Source of the DNA: Gammaproteobacteria bacterium
GTDB taxonomy: Bacteria; Pseudomonadota; Gammaproteobacteria; UBA4575
Length of the DNA stretch: 64,000 bases
Direction: 5' to 3'
Assembly: GCA_965222615.1 (NCBI GenBank)
Contig: CBDCUI010000007.1
Location: 736,001 to 800,000, forward strand
Shown in pieces: positions 63,113 to 64,000 of the stretch. The position numbers and the translations under genes are program-made. A model generated the notes under the pieces. The model searched no databases. It was not told where the DNA came from and saw nothing but the letters and a program-made list of their open reading frames with translations. Within the stretch, counting starts at the first letter, position 1. Every line of letters begins with the position of its first letter.

Positions 63113-63233
63113 GGGGTCGCCTGTGCCGCACTTAAGCCTAGTAAATTAATTGCCACAACTTATCGACAAACGTGTGAAATCGATCGCTATTCTTGCTAGA
63201 CATTTCCCATAAAATTAATTAATCTACCTACTA

Positions 63234-63286
63234 GCGCTGATTTGAGCATCAGCTTGCGGGCGCATTACAAGTACGGCTAAAGCGGG
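63234..63286 (+). promoter_or_regulatory. SAM-II riboswitch aptamer 1
   Basis: GCGC-TGATTTGA...TTGC..GCGC...GCTAAAG matches the SAM-II layout; upstream of metF. Confidence 0.85.
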
Positions 63287-63296
63287 AAGAAATTAT

Positions 63297-63333
63297 AAAA
63301 CCCACATAAGGCTGTGCCGATGTGGGTTTTTTT
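63297..63333 (+). terminator. Intrinsic terminator after aptamer 1
   Basis: AAAACCCACAT...ATGTGGGTTTTTTT. Confidence 0.85.
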
Positions 63334-63335
63334 AT

Positions 63336-63389
63336 GATCGCCGGTTTAATAAACAACTTGCAGGGCGATACAAAAATACTGCTAAAGCG
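63336..63389 (+). promoter_or_regulatory. Second SAM-II/SAM-V-like aptamer
   Basis: ATCGCC-GGTTTAA...CTTGCA.GGCGAT...GCTAAAGCG; same layout as aptamer 1 with a different P1 stem. Confidence 0.7.
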
Positions 63390-63633
63390 TTGCCGTTTTT
63401 GGGCCCAATAAACGTACCAACGTAATCATCCATTGGGCTGGGAGACGGTGTCATGTTAGAAATAATTGACCAAAACTTTCAAATCAAGACGACAAACTCT
63501 ACTTTGTCATTAGTATTTCTACACTTGTGCAGTATCTCTACTGTAAGAGCAGATTTTTCACTTTTGGTTAGTAGCAGATATTGCCATATTGATGACTTTC
63601 GCAATTTTGTTGCGCACATAGTGTATGGAGTAA

Positions 63634-64000
63634 ATGGACATGGAACAGTATAAACCTACAATAGAAAGTGGTAGTGCATTCAGTACTCAGGTTACATTTG
63701 AATTTTTTCCACCCCATACGCCAGCAATGGAGCAAACATTGTGGAAGTCGATCAAACATCTCGCAGTACTGCGACCACGATATGTTTCCGTTACCTATGG
63801 TGCCGACGGTTCAACTCGAAAGCGAACTCACAATATTGTCGCAAAGATACTCAGGGAAACTGAAATGACAGTAGCACCACATCTGACATGTATTGGTGCC
63901 AGTCGAGGTGAGATCGATGATATTGCACGAAACTATTGGGATCTTGGCGTACGTCATTTGGTTGCCTTGCGTGGAGATCCGCCCAAAGGTAAGGGCCGTT
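63634..64000 (+). CDS. metF: 5,10-methylenetetrahydrofolate reductase (3' end runs off the window)
   Basis: Not in the ORF track. Manual translation ...TFEFFPP...VSVTYGA.GSTR...APHLTCIG...VALRGDPP. Confidence 0.96.
   Translation, partial: MDMEQYKPTIESGSAFSTQVTFEFFPPHTPAMEQTLWKSIKHLAVLRPRYVSVTYGADGSTRKRTHNIVAKILRETEMTVAPHLTCIGASRGEIDDIARNYWDLGVRHLVALRGDPPKGKGR

Noticed and set aside
63496-63511. 16-nt identity ACTCTACTTTGTCATT shared with the IS non-coding region near 54210
   Set aside because: About one match of this length is expected by chance in an AT-rich 64-kb window, and it does not extend convincingly.
63568-63868. ORFs 63568..63759 (-) and 63668..63868 (+)
   Set aside because: They overlap the clear metF reading frame starting at 63634.

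Overview
A mostly core-genome window from a moderately AT-rich gammaproteobacterium. It holds pilM (partial), mrcA, hemE, rpsU/tsaD/plsY, bioH/bioC, an aa3-type cytochrome c oxidase cluster, rpoH, ftsYEX, two M16 peptidases, rsmD/coaD/ggt, mutM, a Gld-like ABC transporter, a desaturase, rpmB/rpmG, fol genes, cca, trxA/rho, purD/purH, fis/dusB/prmA/accCB/aroQ, msrA and metF (partial). I saw no rRNA, tRNA or CRISPR array. The unusual signals are mostly non-coding. (1) A 53-nt tandem array fused to the 3' end of msrA; every unit encodes a variant of the same 16-aa tail plus a stop codon, with mostly synonymous variation. (2) A ~205-250 nt multi-stem element in three diverged copies with compensatory changes, each bordering an accessory islet. 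(3) An integrase-less integron remnant (attI-like site, two decayed attC sites) bounded by 40-bp inverted repeats. (4) An IS110/IS1111-type element whose downstream non-coding region carries guide segments matching its own target and ends. (5) Tandem SAM-II-like riboswitches before metF. (6) A perfect CIRCE overlapping a sigmaE-type promoter of rpoH. (7) A two-copy MITE. All calls were made by eye, without database searches.
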